Origin: Somniosus microcephalus
Taxonomy: Eukaryota
Assembly: GCA_052327205.1 (NCBI GenBank)
Contig: CM126218.1
Location: 58,776,001-58,840,000 of the forward strand
Direction of reading: 5' to 3'
Length of the DNA stretch: 64,000 nucleotides
The notes under the pieces are model-generated. The model made no database searches and was not told where the DNA came from. It saw nothing but the letters and a program-made list of their open reading frames with translations. Numbering within the stretch: position 1 is the first letter of the stretch; the number at the start of each line of letters is the position of its first letter. Made by a program: the position numbers and the translations under genes. Positions 39,480 through 51,210 of this stretch are shown here, one piece after another.

Positions 39480-40410
39480 ACAACAAAAACTTATATTCAC
39501 ATAGCGCCATTAACACTACAAAATGTTCCAAGGCGCTTCTCAGGAACGTTATATAAAAAAAAGCAAAATCTGACACCGAGCCATATAAGGAGATGTTGGG
39601 CCAGGTGACCAAAAGCTTAGTCAAAGAGGTAGGTTTTAAGGAACGTCTTAAAGAAGGAAAGAGAAGTGGGGAGGCGGAGAGATATGGTGAGGGAATTCTA
39701 GAGCTTAGAACCTAGGCAGCTGAATGCACGACCGTCAATAGTGGAGCAATTAAAATCGGGAATGTTCAAAAGGCCAGAATAAGTGGAGCACAGAGATCTA
39801 GGGGAAATTGTAGGGTTAGAAGAGATTACAGAGATAAGGAGGGGCGAGGCCATAGAGGGATTTGAAAACAAGGATGAAAATTTTAAAATCGAGGCGTTGC
39901 TTAATTGGGAGCCAATGTAGGTCAACGAGCACAGGGGAGATGGGTGAGCGGGACTTGGTGCGAGTTAGGACACGGGTGGCAGAGTTTTGAATTACCTCAA
40001 GTTTATGGATGCTAGACGACGGCGGAGAGACATTGGAGCAGAATTCTGTGGTCAACCGTGTCAAAGGCTGCAGACAGGTTGCAAAGGACAAGAAGGGATA
40101 GTTTACCTTTGTTGCAGTCAATTAGGATGTCATTTGTGACCTTGATAAGAATTGTTTCGGTACTGTGACAGGGGCCGAAGCCTGATTGGAGGGGTTCAAA
40201 CAAGGAGCTCTGGGAAAGATGGTCACGGATTTGGGAGGTGACAACACATTCAAGAACTTTGGAAAGGAAAGGAAGGTTGGAGATGGGGTGAAAGTTTGCA
40301 AGGGCGGAGGGGTCAAGGGTCGTTTTTTTTGAGGAGAGGGGTGATGATGGCAGATTTGAAGGAGAGGAGAGAGAGCCGTTAACAATATTCACTAACATGG
40401 AAGTCAGGAA
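39480..40410 (-). mobile_element. L2-clade LINE with internal deletion
   Basis: NFHPISNLPFLSKVLE...LSAAFDTVDH joined directly to the C-terminal HISP/LHWLP region; L2 tail. Confidence 0.88.
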
Positions 40411-40461
40411 GAGAAGCTGAATAGAAGCAGGAGGCTTGCATTAAAAAATGGTAATACAAAA

Positions 40462-41176
40462 GCAAAATACTGCAGATGCTGGAAATCTGAAATAAAAACA
40501 AAAAATGCTGGAAATACTCAGCAGGTCAGGCAGCATCTGTGGAGAGAGAACGCAGATTGGGTGACCGCTTTGCGGAACTCCTCTGTTCACTCCGTAAGGG
40601 TGACCCTCAGCTTCCTGTTGCATGTCACTTTAATTCTCCGCTCCACTCCCACTCTGACCTCTCTGTCCTCGGCCTCTTACACTGTTCCAATGAAGCTCAA
40701 CGTAAGCTCGAGGAACAGCACCTCATCTTTCGATTAGGCACTTTACAGCCTTCTGGACTCAACATCGAGTTCAACAATTTGAGACCATAACCTCTGCCCC
40801 TATCTTTTTATTTTCCATTATTTTTTTCTCTCTCTCTCTCACATGGCAGCTGTTGATCATTCTGCCAGTGCCATTTACACTTCATCTAGAGCCATCTTTT
40901 GTTTCTTAATCTGTCCCATTACCATCTCCTTTTGCCTTGCACCATCATCCCTTTTGTCTGTTATTCTCTCCTGCCTTCCATCCCATCACAGACCTTCCCT
41001 TTTGTTCTTTCCTCCCCTCCCCCCTCTCCCTGCCCCTACACTTGCTTAAAAACCTGTTCCATCCCCAACTTTTTCCAGTTCTGATGAAGGGTCATCGACC
41101 TGAAACGTTAACTCTGTTTCTCTCTCCACAGATGCTGCCTGAGCGGCTGAGTATTTCCAGCATTTTCTGTTTTGAT
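40462..41176 (+). mobile_element. Penelope-like retroelement 3' part (GIY-YIG endonuclease end, pLTR, inverted 5' segment)
   Basis: ORF 40539..40790 RRLGDRFAE...PVACHFNS...RKLEEQHLIFRLGTLQPSGLNIEF; 40490-40550 is the reverse complement of 41117-41176. Confidence 0.9.
41077..41113 (+). ncRNA. Minimal type I hammerhead ribozyme motif (Penelope-associated)
   Basis: AGTT-CTGATGA-AGGGTC-ATC-GACCT-GAAA-CGTT-AACT: catalytic core, stem II, palindromic stem III, short stem I. Confidence 0.7.
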
Positions 41177-42314
41177 TAAAAGAGGGTGTCTTGCTTCAAT
41201 ATTTATCTGATTCTGATAGATTAAAGAGATTAACTAGACACATCAGTTTCTCAACGCCGCTTCTAAATTCCTATCAAAGGTTGAATAGTGGTCAGCATGG
41301 AGTAGGAACGGAGCGGACCTTTATGTTAACATTCTGCTTATTCGTCTGTACCCCAGTGGATATCTTGATTAAAACAAGCAACCTTGAACGTGATACAAGG
41401 CAAAGATTTCTTTTACATCAAGCTCTACATTTTTTTTGTGCGGATGCCAGTCCTGGGGAATGGAACATGCCTCTACTTTTTATATCCAGTGTCAGCATCA
41501 AGCAGCCCTTAGCAAGATGTTGTACAGCAAGATGTTGTACAGGTAAAATGTAAAGTGAAGTTCTCTCTGTGATGCCTCATCCTCTGATTTGTTACAATCT
41601 TAATACTGATACCTCTGTATTTCACACTTTGAGATAACACCAAGATTGAATAGAATATGGTAATTATTTACATTTATTTTTTTAATAAGAGCTTTTCAGC
41701 TACTTGGGGATGGTACACGAGTTAAGTTACATGAAGTAAAGCTTCAATTCTCGAGCTCAGCTGAACTGCTAACAAATCTAATTAACTACATCTGAATTTT
41801 AATTTTTATTCCCAAATCAGTTACAAACCCACAACCTGGCAGATCCAATTTCTCAACTTCAGTATTCAGCTATCACAGACTCAGTAGGGTCAATTTTCAC
41901 TTTTGGGACAACAAGCGGGCAGGGTGCGGCAGTCGGTCGCCTGTACACGTGGCAAAGAAGCGGCCATCATTTTCAGGCACCGGCCTCATTTACATCGGGC
42001 TGGCGAGCTATGGGACACCAAACAGATGTTCCAATACAGCTCAATGGATTCAGACTGGCCACTATCGGGCCACCATCAAGGTAAGTGTGGGGGCGTTGCG
42101 ATCACAGGGCGAGGTCCCTGGGTGACAGATCATAGATTATTTTGTGGAGCTACAAGGAGCATTCATGCTCCTCTGGGCCCCATAAAAAATACTATTAAAC
42201 TTACCTTGGCTGGACCTCTTCGACTCTACCATCGGTGGAAATGATCAAAGCCTGCACGCTGCACTCCCAGCAATATGTAAATCATAAAAATACAATTAAA
42301 TAAATAGAACAAGT

Positions 42315-44047
42315 AAATACATATTTTGGTTCTGTCTTCACAAAGGAGGACACAAATAACCTCCCAGAGCCGTCGGGGAACAGGGCCTGATGAAAGGGAG
42401 GAACTGAAAGAAATCAGTATTTGTAGGGAAATGGTGTTAGGGAAATTGATGGGATTGAAGGCCGATAAATCCCCAGGGCCTGATAATCTACATCCTAGGG
42501 TACTTAAGGAAGTGGCCCTAAAAATAGTAGATGCATTGCTGGTCATCTTCCAACATTCGATGGAATCTGGAACAGTACCCATGGATTGGAGGGTAGCTAA
42601 TGTTACCCCACTATTCAAAAAAGGTGGTAGAGAGAAAACGGGGAATTACAGATCGGTAAGCCTGACATCGGTAGTGGAGAAAATGCTAGAGTCCATTATA
42701 AAGGATGTAATAGCAGAGCACTTGGAAAACAGTGACAGGATTGGACAAAGTCAACATGGATTTACACAAGGTAAATCGTGCTTGACTAATCTACTGGAAT
42801 TTTTTGAGGATGTAACTGGTAAAATAGATAAGGGAAAACCAGTGGATGTAGTGTATTTGGACTTTCAGAAGGCTTTCAATAAGGTCCCGCATAAGAGATT
42901 AGCATGTAAAGTTAAGGCACATGGGATTGGGGGCAAGGTATTGACTTGGATAGAGAACTGGTTGGCAGACAGAAAGCAAAGAGTTGGAATAAACGGGTCT
43001 TTTTCCAAGTGGCAGGCAGTGACTAGTGGGGTACCGCAGGGATCGGTCCTTGGACCCCAGCTATTCACAATATATATTAATGATCTAGACAAGGGAACTA
43101 GATGTAATATCTCCAAATTTGCAGACGACACAAAGCTGGGTGGGCGTGTGTGCTGTGAGGAGGATGCCGAGAAACTCCAGGATGATTTGGACAGGTTGGG
43201 TGATTGGGCAGAAGCATGGCAGATGCAATAGAACGTGGATAAATGTGAGGTTATCCACTTTGGTGGCAAAAACAGGAAGGCAGATTATTATCTGAAGGGC
43301 AATAGATTGGGAGAAGGGGAAGTGCAACAAGACCTGGGTGTCCTTGTGCACCAGTCGCTGAAGGTAAGCATGCAGGTGCAGCAGGCGGTTAAGAAGGCAA
43401 ATGGTATGTTGGCCTTCGTAGCGAGAGGGTTTGAGTACAGGAACAAGGATGTCCTGCTGCAGTTGTACAGGGCCTTGGTGAGACCACATCTTGAGTATTG
43501 TGTGCAGTTTTGGTCGCCTTATCTGAGGAAGGATGTTCTTGCCATGGAAGGAGTTCAGCGAAGATTCACCAGGCTGATACCTGGGATGGCAGGAATGACG
43601 TACGAGGAGAGATTGGGTCGATTGGGCTTATACTCGCTGGAGTTTAGAAGAATGAGAGGGGACCTCATTGAAACTTATAAAATTCTGACAGGACTGGACA
43701 GACTAGATGCAGGAAGGATGTTCCTGATGGTTGGAGAGTGCGGAACCAGGGGTCACAGTCTAAGGATAAGGGGTAAGCCATTTAGGACAGAAATGAGGAG
43801 GAATTTCTTCACCCAGAGAGTGGTGAACCTGTGGAATTCTCTACCACAGAAGGCAGTAGAGGCCAATTCATTAAATATATTCAAGAAGGAGTTGGATATA
43901 TTTCTTAAGGCTAAAGGGATCAAGGGGTATGGGGAGAAGCAGGGACCGGGTACTGAATTTGGATGATTAGCCATGATCGCATTGAATGGTGGAGCAGGCT
44001 CGAGGGGCCGAATGGCCTACTCCTGCTCCTATCTTCTATGTTTCTAT
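42315..44047 (+). mobile_element. 5'-truncated young CR1 LINE with nearly intact RT (one premature stop at 43229-43231)
   Basis: ORFs 42326..43231 and 43235..43966 in the same frame; FADD motif; tail. Confidence 0.96.
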
Positions 44048-44109
44048 AAAAATACCTAAAGGAGTTGTGACAGAAATGAGGATCTATCTTGTTTCAAATG
44101 ATAAAATCT

Positions 44110-44660
44110 TTATATTATATGCTAAACCTTTATAAATCACTAGTTAGGCCTCAGCTGGAGTACTGTGTCCAATTCTGGGCACCACACTTAAGAAGGGATG
44201 TCAAGGCCTTCGAGAAGATGCAGAGGAGATTTACAAAAACAGTACCAGGGATAAGAGACTTCAGTTATGTGAAGACGCAAGAAGCTGGGATTGTTCTCCT
44301 TAGAGCAGAGAAGGTTAAGGGGAAATTTAATAGAAGTGTTCAAAATTATGAAAGGTTTTGATAGTGCTGATAAGGAAAAACTCTACACTGGCAGGTGGGT
44401 CAGTAACCAGAGGACAGACCTATTTAAAATAACTGGCAAAGGAACCAGAGGGGAGAGGAGGAGGAATTATTTTACGCAGTGAGTTATGATGATCTGGAAT
44501 GCACTGCCTGAAAGGGTGGTGGAAGCAGATTCAATAGTGAATTGAATATGTTCTTGAAAATGAAACATTTGCAGGGTTATAGGGAAAGAGCAGGGAAGTG
44601 GGACTAAATGAAGAGCCATCTGATGGGCCGAATGACCTCCTTCTGTGCTGCATGAGTCTA
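44110..44660 (+). mobile_element. Older CR1 3' fragment
   Basis: LYKSLVRPQLEYCVQFWAP; frameshifted. Confidence 0.85.
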
Positions 44661-45127
44661 TAACTTCCCATGTGAAGTTGTAGCAAGTCCAGGCCCCTGG
44701 AATTTTAGAACTGGAAGCCATGGTTGCTGTTTTTGTTAAGTTTTCCTTTGTCTTTTTGACCCAAGAGCGTATAGATAAAGTAAATACATACAAAGGCCTA
44801 GAAATTCAGTTGGGCGCGCCAGCCGTTAGCGCCTTAGGAGGAGTAGATCTCGAGCGCTAGGCGCTTAGCGCCCGGGCGCAGCGCGATCTGCGCCTCGCCC
44901 CAACTTCAGTACACATTTAGCGCCGGCGCAAAGTCTTAGCGCGCACCCTGCTGCGCGCGCAGGTCATGACGTCATTTACTAGTGCAACGCCCTTTGTGCG
45001 CCCCGAACCGGAACTTCACTCGCGCCGGCCCATTGTGCGCCGGGCGGCCCTAACGACTGTGAAGTGGAACGGTACACAGCCGAGGCGGGCCGCGGGGAGC
45101 GCTAATTAAAGGGCACTTACCCTGCAC

Positions 45128-45133
45128 TATAAA
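45128..45133 (+). promoter_or_regulatory. TATA box candidate for the transposase gene
   Basis: TATAAA about 170 bp upstream of the ATG, just after the GC-rich left subterminal region. Confidence 0.45.
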
Positions 45134-45297
45134 GGCCAGCCATTTTGCAGCATTCACTCTTGTGCAACGGTTTTTTGGAGAGAGACCAAGGAGAGCTTAC
45201 TGGTTTGGACCAACACTAGGACAGGTATTTTTGGCTCAGGCCAGAGCTTAGCAATTATCTTTGCCTTCATTGAGAGCTCAGTGTTTGCCAGCATATA

Positions 45298-46443
45298 ATG
45301 GGGGCTGCATTGGGTGCCAACGCTGACTTTCAGCCTTATGCCAGAAGGGCTTACAGACGCCGTGAGAGAGTGGCAGCCCTGGCTAGACGCAGAGGGGGCA
45401 ACAGGCGTCGCCAACTGAGGCCTTACCCACCCAGGGTATACCGCCAGCAGTCCTCCTATCTGACCATGTCTGCCGCGATGTGTGTTAGGAGGCTGCGATT
45501 CAGAAGGGAGGTGGTTGCAGACATCTGCCAGCTGCTTCACAGAGATCTGCAGCCACAGCTGATGCGCAGGACGTCTCTGTCGGTGGCAGTGAAGGTGACG
45601 GTGGCTCTCAACTTCTATGCCACCGGCTCCTTCCAATCCGCTGCTGGGGACATCGCTAACATCTCCCAGTTCGCCATGCATTGCTGCATCCGCCAGGTGA
45701 CCGAAGCCCTTTTCAGAAGGAGACATCAATTCATCTCCTTCCCCATGACACTGGACAAGCAGCAGCAGCGTGCAGTGGGATTTGCAAGAATAGCGGGCTT
45801 CCCCATGGTGCAGGGCGCCATTGACTGCACGCATGTGGCTTTGCGGGCACCTCTGGAGCATGCCGAGGATTACCGCAACCGGAAGGGCTACCATTCCCTC
45901 AATGTACAGCTGGTGTGTGACCACAGGCAGCGCATCCTAGCTGTCAATGCCCGCTTTCCAGGCAGCAGCCACGATGCCTTTATCCTGCGACAGACAACTG
46001 TGGCTGACATGTTCCAGGCACAGCCTCCCCCAAGAGGATGGCTTATTGGGGACAAAGGCTATCCTTTGTGTACCTGGCTCATGACCCCGCTCCGCACGCC
46101 CACGACCCCTGCTGAAGAGGCATACAACGAGAGCCATCAAGCGACTAGGAACATCATAGAACAAACAATCGGCGTCCTCAAGCAACGGTTCCGCTGTCTC
46201 GATCGCTCCGGGGGAGCCCTCCAGTATTCGCAGGAGCGAGTCTCCCAATTCGTCGTCGTTTGCTGCATGCTGCACAACCTGGCTATCCGCAGGACTCAGG
46301 CACTGCCACCTCACGTTGGACCACCACCTCAGGAGGAGGAGCAGGAGGAGCATAAGGAGGAGGAGGACGAGGAGTACCAGCCCAGGAGGGAGGCACAAGG
46401 TCCAAGGGCCACCCGTCGGCGGCTTATTGAACGTCACTTCTAG
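45298..46443 (+). CDS. Harbinger DDE transposase (HARBI1-like family), 381 aa, intronless, apparently intact
   Basis: Motifs GAIDCTHV, YRNRKGYHSLNVQ, FPGSSHDA, GDKGY, RNIIEQTIGVLKQRFRCL, CCMLHN; no stops or frameshifts. Confidence 0.95.
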   Translation: MGAALGANADFQPYARRAYRRRERVAALARRRGGNRRRQLRPYPPRVYRQQSSYLTMSAAMCVRRLRFRREVVADICQLLHRDLQPQLMRRTSLSVAVKVTVALNFYATGSFQSAAGDIANISQFAMHCCIRQVTEALFRRRHQFISFPMTLDKQQQRAVGFARIAGFPMVQGAIDCTHVALRAPLEHAEDYRNRKGYHSLNVQLVCDHRQRILAVNARFPGSSHDAFILRQTTVADMFQAQPPPRGWLIGDKGYPLCTWLMTPLRTPTTPAEEAYNESHQATRNIIEQTIGVLKQRFRCLDRSGGALQYSQERVSQFVVVCCMLHNLAIRRTQALPPHVGPPPQEEEQEEHKEEEDEEYQPRREAQGPRATRRRLIERHF

Positions 46444-46556
46444 GCCCCCTGTCAGGGAATGGCTTGTGCCAATGAAAGAACATGATTGCAGCCGCTCCGC
46501 AAGCCCTCAGCCGGTTAAGACAACAAACACTTCAAAGATCAAACATGGACAATGTT

Positions 46557-46576
46557 AATAAATAAAATGCTTTATT
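46557..46576. terminator. Back-to-back polyadenylation signals for the two convergent Harbinger genes
   Basis: AATAAA on + (46557 and 46561) and TTTATT, i.e. AATAAA on -, at 46571-46576, between the two stop codons. Confidence 0.65.
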
Positions 46577-46703
46577 GTACAAACTCAGGGCCCTTCCCAC
46601 ATGAAAACCAAAAACAGACGAAACCCCCAAAAAACACTCAAACACATTACTCGCTCCCACAACCTGGAGAGGATTAACAAAACAGTGCAACTAAAATGGC
46701 CGT

Positions 46704-46820
46704 CATCCTCGGCCTTCGTAAAAAACAAACATCACATCCTCGGCCTTCAAAAAACAAACATCCAATTCTCGGCCTCAAAAAACAAACATCCAATTCTCGG
46801 CCTCAAAAAACAAACACAAC
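46704..46820. repeat. About 4 copies of a ~28-30 bp tandem unit (CTCGGCCTCAAAAAACAAACATCCAATT) in the Myb gene 3' UTR
   Basis: Repeat units visible directly. Confidence 0.8.
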
Positions 46821-46847
46821 TGGCCACACATTCGACTTTTTGGGCCG

Positions 46848-48729
46848 CTAGGGCGATGCCTTGGCCATCTTTGTGTGGCCCCTGCCCGCCCTGCTGCTCC
46901 TCCTCAAAGTAAGGCCATTGGCTGCTGCAAGGCTGGGGGCAGGCTCCAGAGGGGCACATGTCGTGACGGCAGATGCCCTTGGGGGTCGGCCTAGTCGAGG
47001 TCTGGCCGTCGAGCGGGCGGCTGTTGAATGCTGCAGCTGTGGCTGGCCAGCATCAGTCGCTGCAGCAGCTCCTGGCAGCTCCACTGGGGGAGTGGCAGTG
47101 GCAGCTGGAGGAATGGGGGCAAGCTGGCGGATGGCAGGCGCTCGCTGGTCGCCTGAGACACTGGCACTCGCCCGGGCCAGCACTGCAGCATGCGCACCAA
47201 TCTGCCGAGGGACAGACCGCTGTGCTGCTGCAGCGCGCCGGGTGCCCTGGCGATGCCTGGCTGACACAGCGAGTGTGGCAGCAGTGAGTGCCCGTGTTGA
47301 CCTGTTCAGTGACCTCATCAGAGCACCCAGTGACTGCACGGCACCACTGATCAGCTGCCCACTCGCTGCCTGAGCTGCCCCGAATGCCGCCCGACTCGCT
47401 GCCTGCTCTGCCCCGAATTCCGCCAAACTGATGGCCTGTGAGGCCCCGACGTCGGTCACACTCCGAGAGAGGGACTCGATGGCCTCAGACAACCGTGCCA
47501 CTACCCCCATGAGTTCCATGTGCCGGCGCTCCGAGTCCGCGGACAAGTCCTCGAGGCGTTCCATCTCCTCGGCGAAGACCATCTCCGGACTGGAGGCTGG
47601 ACTCTCCCTCTGGGGAGAAGGCCGCCGAGCTGGCCGACCCTTCCTGCGTTGCTGGACGCCGCTGGGCCCAGCAATTGGACTCCCCTCCGACCCTTCCCCC
47701 CTCTGGGGAGAAGGCCGCCGAGCTTCCACCCCCCTCCCGCGTTTCTGCAGGCCGCAGGTCCCATGAGCTCCCCTCCGACACTTCTGCCACGCTCCCCTCC
47801 AGGGAAGACGTCTCCCCTACATTGGCATGGGTTGCCGCGGCTGAGGGTTCCCCTGATGGGCCGCCTTCCTCTTGCTCCTCCTCCTCCTCCTCTTCTGAGG
47901 GGCTGTCACTGGCAAGTTCAGGGACCTCCTCCTCACCATCTGAAAGCAGGAAGGCACAAGAGTAGCTTTAGAGTGAGGAGAGGGCGTCAGCGAGGGATGC
48001 ATGAGTGGTGGCATTCAGCGCATTGGTCGGACAGTGGCAAAGGATGTAGATCTGATGCGCAAGTGGGACGAGAGAGGTCCAAAAGGTGATGTCCTTACCA
48101 TTGGTGCCCAGAACAGGGTCGGCATCTCCACATGCAACGGGCCCAATCACCCGGCCACCCATGATGCGCTCCACGCGATGTTGCAGCTCGGTGAGCGGCT
48201 GGATCTGGGGTCGGCCTCCCCCGGTCGCAGTCCGGCTCTTCTTGTTATTGGCCAGCTTGGCCTGCAAGAGAAAGGACGGCCTCTAAGTACAGTGTGTAGC
48301 CCTGATCTTGTGTGCACTGCCTCCCATGGTGGAATAGCTTGGCCAGTGTGTTAAGTGCAGAATGTGCAATTGATGTTCATGCCTGTCCCATAGCTGCTGG
48401 ATGAGGGCTGGCCATTAGGGCTTTCAGGTCCCTTTGCCCATAATGTGAGGTGCACATGCAAGGATGAGGAGGTCACTGGAAAGGGTACTCACCCTGACAA
48501 TCCAAGTGAGGTCATTAAACTTTTTGCGGCATTGGACACCGGTCCTGGGGACCTCGCTGTTGGCTGACAGCTTGCTGGTGACATGCCTCCAGGCTCTCCG
48601 GTAGACGCGGACCGGCGACTTCCTGCCATTGTCCGGGTACAAAATATGGCACCTCTTCTCCACACCACCAACCAGCACACTCAGATCACGCTCTGAGAAG
48701 CGCTGCGCTCGTTCACGGGCCTTCTGCAT
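46848..48729 (-). CDS. Harbinger Myb/SANT (trihelix)-like partner gene. Predicted exons 48729-48493, 48261-48099 and 47939-46848; apparent frameshift near 47750-47770
   Basis: Exon 1 RAQRFSERDLSVLV...AWRHVT...RTGVQCRKKFNDL is Myb/SANT-like; exon 2 has the TGGG motif; exon 3 has acidic, low-complexity and coiled-coil-like segments; GT-AG junctions with matching phases (0 then 1). Confidence 0.8.
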
Positions 48730-49544
48730 GGCTTCAGGCGCTATTTGGGTCCAGCAGCAGTGTTCAGGCCTAGCTGGAGGGCTCCACTATCCAGGGCGTG
48801 GCAGCAGACCAAGTCGACCCTTCCCCCTTAATAGCTGGCCGGCGCCAGGGTGTCTGCTGTCAATCACGAGATGGCCGCACCTGCGCTGCGCCCGGCCTCG
48901 GCGCTCTCGCTCAGCACCTCCGGCTTAGCGCCTAAAGAGAGGCGTCCAGCGCCAGTTTTAGCGCTCGAGCAAACTCTTAGGGCGAAGCTAATGAATATCG
49001 GAGAAGTGGCCTCGATTTGGCGGCGGGCGCAAACTTTAGCGGCCGCCCGACTTTACCGCCCCAAAAGTGGCTACAATGAATTTCTAGGCCAAAAGGTCTC
49101 GAGTATAGAAATGAGCTTCAAGGGAGATGACTTTCCTCTGTTTATATTACTACGTAGAGACAGGACAACATGGTTTGATTAACACGCAGACAATTTATGC
49201 ATATTTCCCACTGTGAAAACAAGATGGAGATATTATTTGTAATGGCTCTTCCATCAGTAAGTATCCTGCTTAGAAGACAGTTGTGTCAAAGTGAACACTT
49301 GTGATATTAAAAAAAAACACTTTTGATATAAAAGCTTTGAGGTAGCTGCTCACCTTTAGTTCACTTGTTTAAAATAGGTGTCCAATTCATAGTGTCAAAG
49401 TGGAACAAAAAGTGCCTAGTGCCATGCTTACGTCTTTCCAAACTCAGTTAAAGGATTATGAAAGAAAACAACGTTGAAATGCATTGTCATTTTGATCTCA
49501 AAAAATAGTTGAACTTTTCAGAGAAAGTTAAGTACTGTATTTTT

Positions 49545-49850
49545 TTTATTCGTTCACGGGATGTGGGCGTTGCTGGCAAAGCCGGCATTTATTGCCCATC
49601 CCCCTTGAGAAGGTGGTAGTGAGCCACCTTCTTGAACCGCTGCAGTCCGTGTGGTGAAGGTACTCCCATAATGCTGTAGGGAGGGAGTTCTGGGATTTTG
49701 ACCCAGCGATAATGAAGGATCGGCGATATGCTTCCAAGTCAGGATGGTGTGTGACTTGGAGGGGAACTTGGAGGTGGTGGTGTTCCCATGCGTCTGCTGC
49801 CCTTGTCCTTTTAGGTGGAAGAGGTCGTGGGTTTGGGAGGTGCTGTCCAA
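49545..49850 (-). mobile_element. LINE 3' end (CR1/L2-group)
   Basis: Decayed ORF end then GGGCAATAAATGCCGGC...CCCACATCCCGTGAACGAATAAAA tail. Confidence 0.7.
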
Positions 49851-50949
49851 TATTGCGGCTTTGTGAGAGTTACTTGTTGTTTGGGTTTACTCTCGGTTAT
49901 TTCTCCAACACTTCTGTTATGCTTTGGGTCCATCTCCCAACACTACTTGTGCTCGATGCAAAAGGCAAATGATCCGTTTGGAATCTTTATAATTTTCTAA
50001 CACACAATAAATTTATAGTTTTAGCCTGAGTTAGATGTTTTTCAGCCTATTGGCGAGATCAGGAGTGGGCAGTGGGCGAACCATTCTATTTCTGGTATGA
50101 CCCAATTGTCACCACAGCTAAACGTGCATTTAAGTGCCTTTGTTTGCATGGTTGAGAAATCAAAACAGGTATTCTGAACACAAACTTCTTTATTTTCTAA
50201 ATGTAGACTCAGTAAATGAAAATATTTATTAAAAGTCCCACTTATGCAGAGGCAACGTTTGCCTTGTGGCGCACCCATGCAAGAGTTCGAATTGGGGCCC
50301 CTACATTTTACTAGTCAATGGTACTCAATACTACCTACTTCACCTGGTTGTCTGAGCTTGGTCACCTGTTTATTTGCCAGCTTTAAAAAATAATAAAGCT
50401 AAAAGAAAAGAATAAATAGAGGTAAAATGGAAATGAAGGACAGCTCGGTCAGAATCTCTCTGCAACAGATTCAATTTAATTTATAATTCTATGCGTTACA
50501 CGTCTTGTTATCTTTCGTATTTATATTCTACCATTAAACTTTAAGGACTTTGATTCCGCGCTCTTATTCAGCACCTGGAAGTGCGACTGTCAGTTCCCAG
50601 TATGTAGAATCATTTGCAGGTTTTATGCGGAAGTATTAGTTACCAGGTCGGAGGAGACAGCAAGTACTCTGGTGCATCCGCTTACAATTATGGCAAGAAG
50701 TAAGATTTTTATTTAAATAATAAGATGTAACTGGGAGATGTATTTGCTCTTGAGAGTAGCCTTTGGGAGAGGAGTGGCATCACAGAAAAGTCCTTCTCTA
50801 TCCAAAAAGCGAGCTGGACAACAGAATTAAATACAGGAATACTAAGATCAGGAATGTGCGTCAGAGCATGCATTGTCTATGTTTGAGAGTCAGGCTGAAA
50901 TGCAGAGAGTGTGGGAGGGAGAGGGCACAGAATTGTTAAAAGCCCAAAG

Positions 50950-51210
50950 CAATGAGGAGGAATTTCTTCTCTCGGAGGGTTGTGAATCTGTGGAATTCTC
51001 TACCCCAGAGAGCTGTGGAGGCTGGGTCATTGAATATATTCAAGGTGGAGATAGACAGATTTTTGAATGATAAGGGAGTCAAGGGTTATGGGGAGCGGGC
51101 AGGGAAGTGGAGTTGAGGCCAAGATCAGATCAGCCATGATTTTACTGAATGGCGGGGCAGGCTCGAGGGGCCAAATGGCCTCCTCCTGCTCCTATTTCTT
51201 ATGTTCTTCT
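50950..51210 (+). mobile_element. CR1 3' end
   Basis: MRRNFFS...NLWNSLPQRAVEA plus 3' UTR and tail. Confidence 0.9.

Larger units (their letters stand above)
44795..49090 (+). mobile_element. Full-length PIF/Harbinger DNA transposon (4296 bp) in the RELN intron between exons ~10 and ~11
   Basis: Perfect 14-bp TIR GGCCTAGAAATTCA at both ends; 3-bp AAA target duplication; GC/CpG-rich subterminal regions; convergent transposase and Myb/SANT genes. Confidence 0.95.

Noticed and set aside
45298-46443. Calling this the domesticated host gene HARBI1, with NAIF1/MSANTD for the Myb gene
   Set aside because: Both ORFs lie between intact TIRs with a TSD inside a RELN intron, so this is a transposon rather than a domesticated gene.
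45154-48089. Long overlapping antisense ORFs (256, 166, 170 and 189 aa)
   Set aside because: Shadow frames of the GC-rich transposase and Myb coding sequence, with no recognisable motifs.
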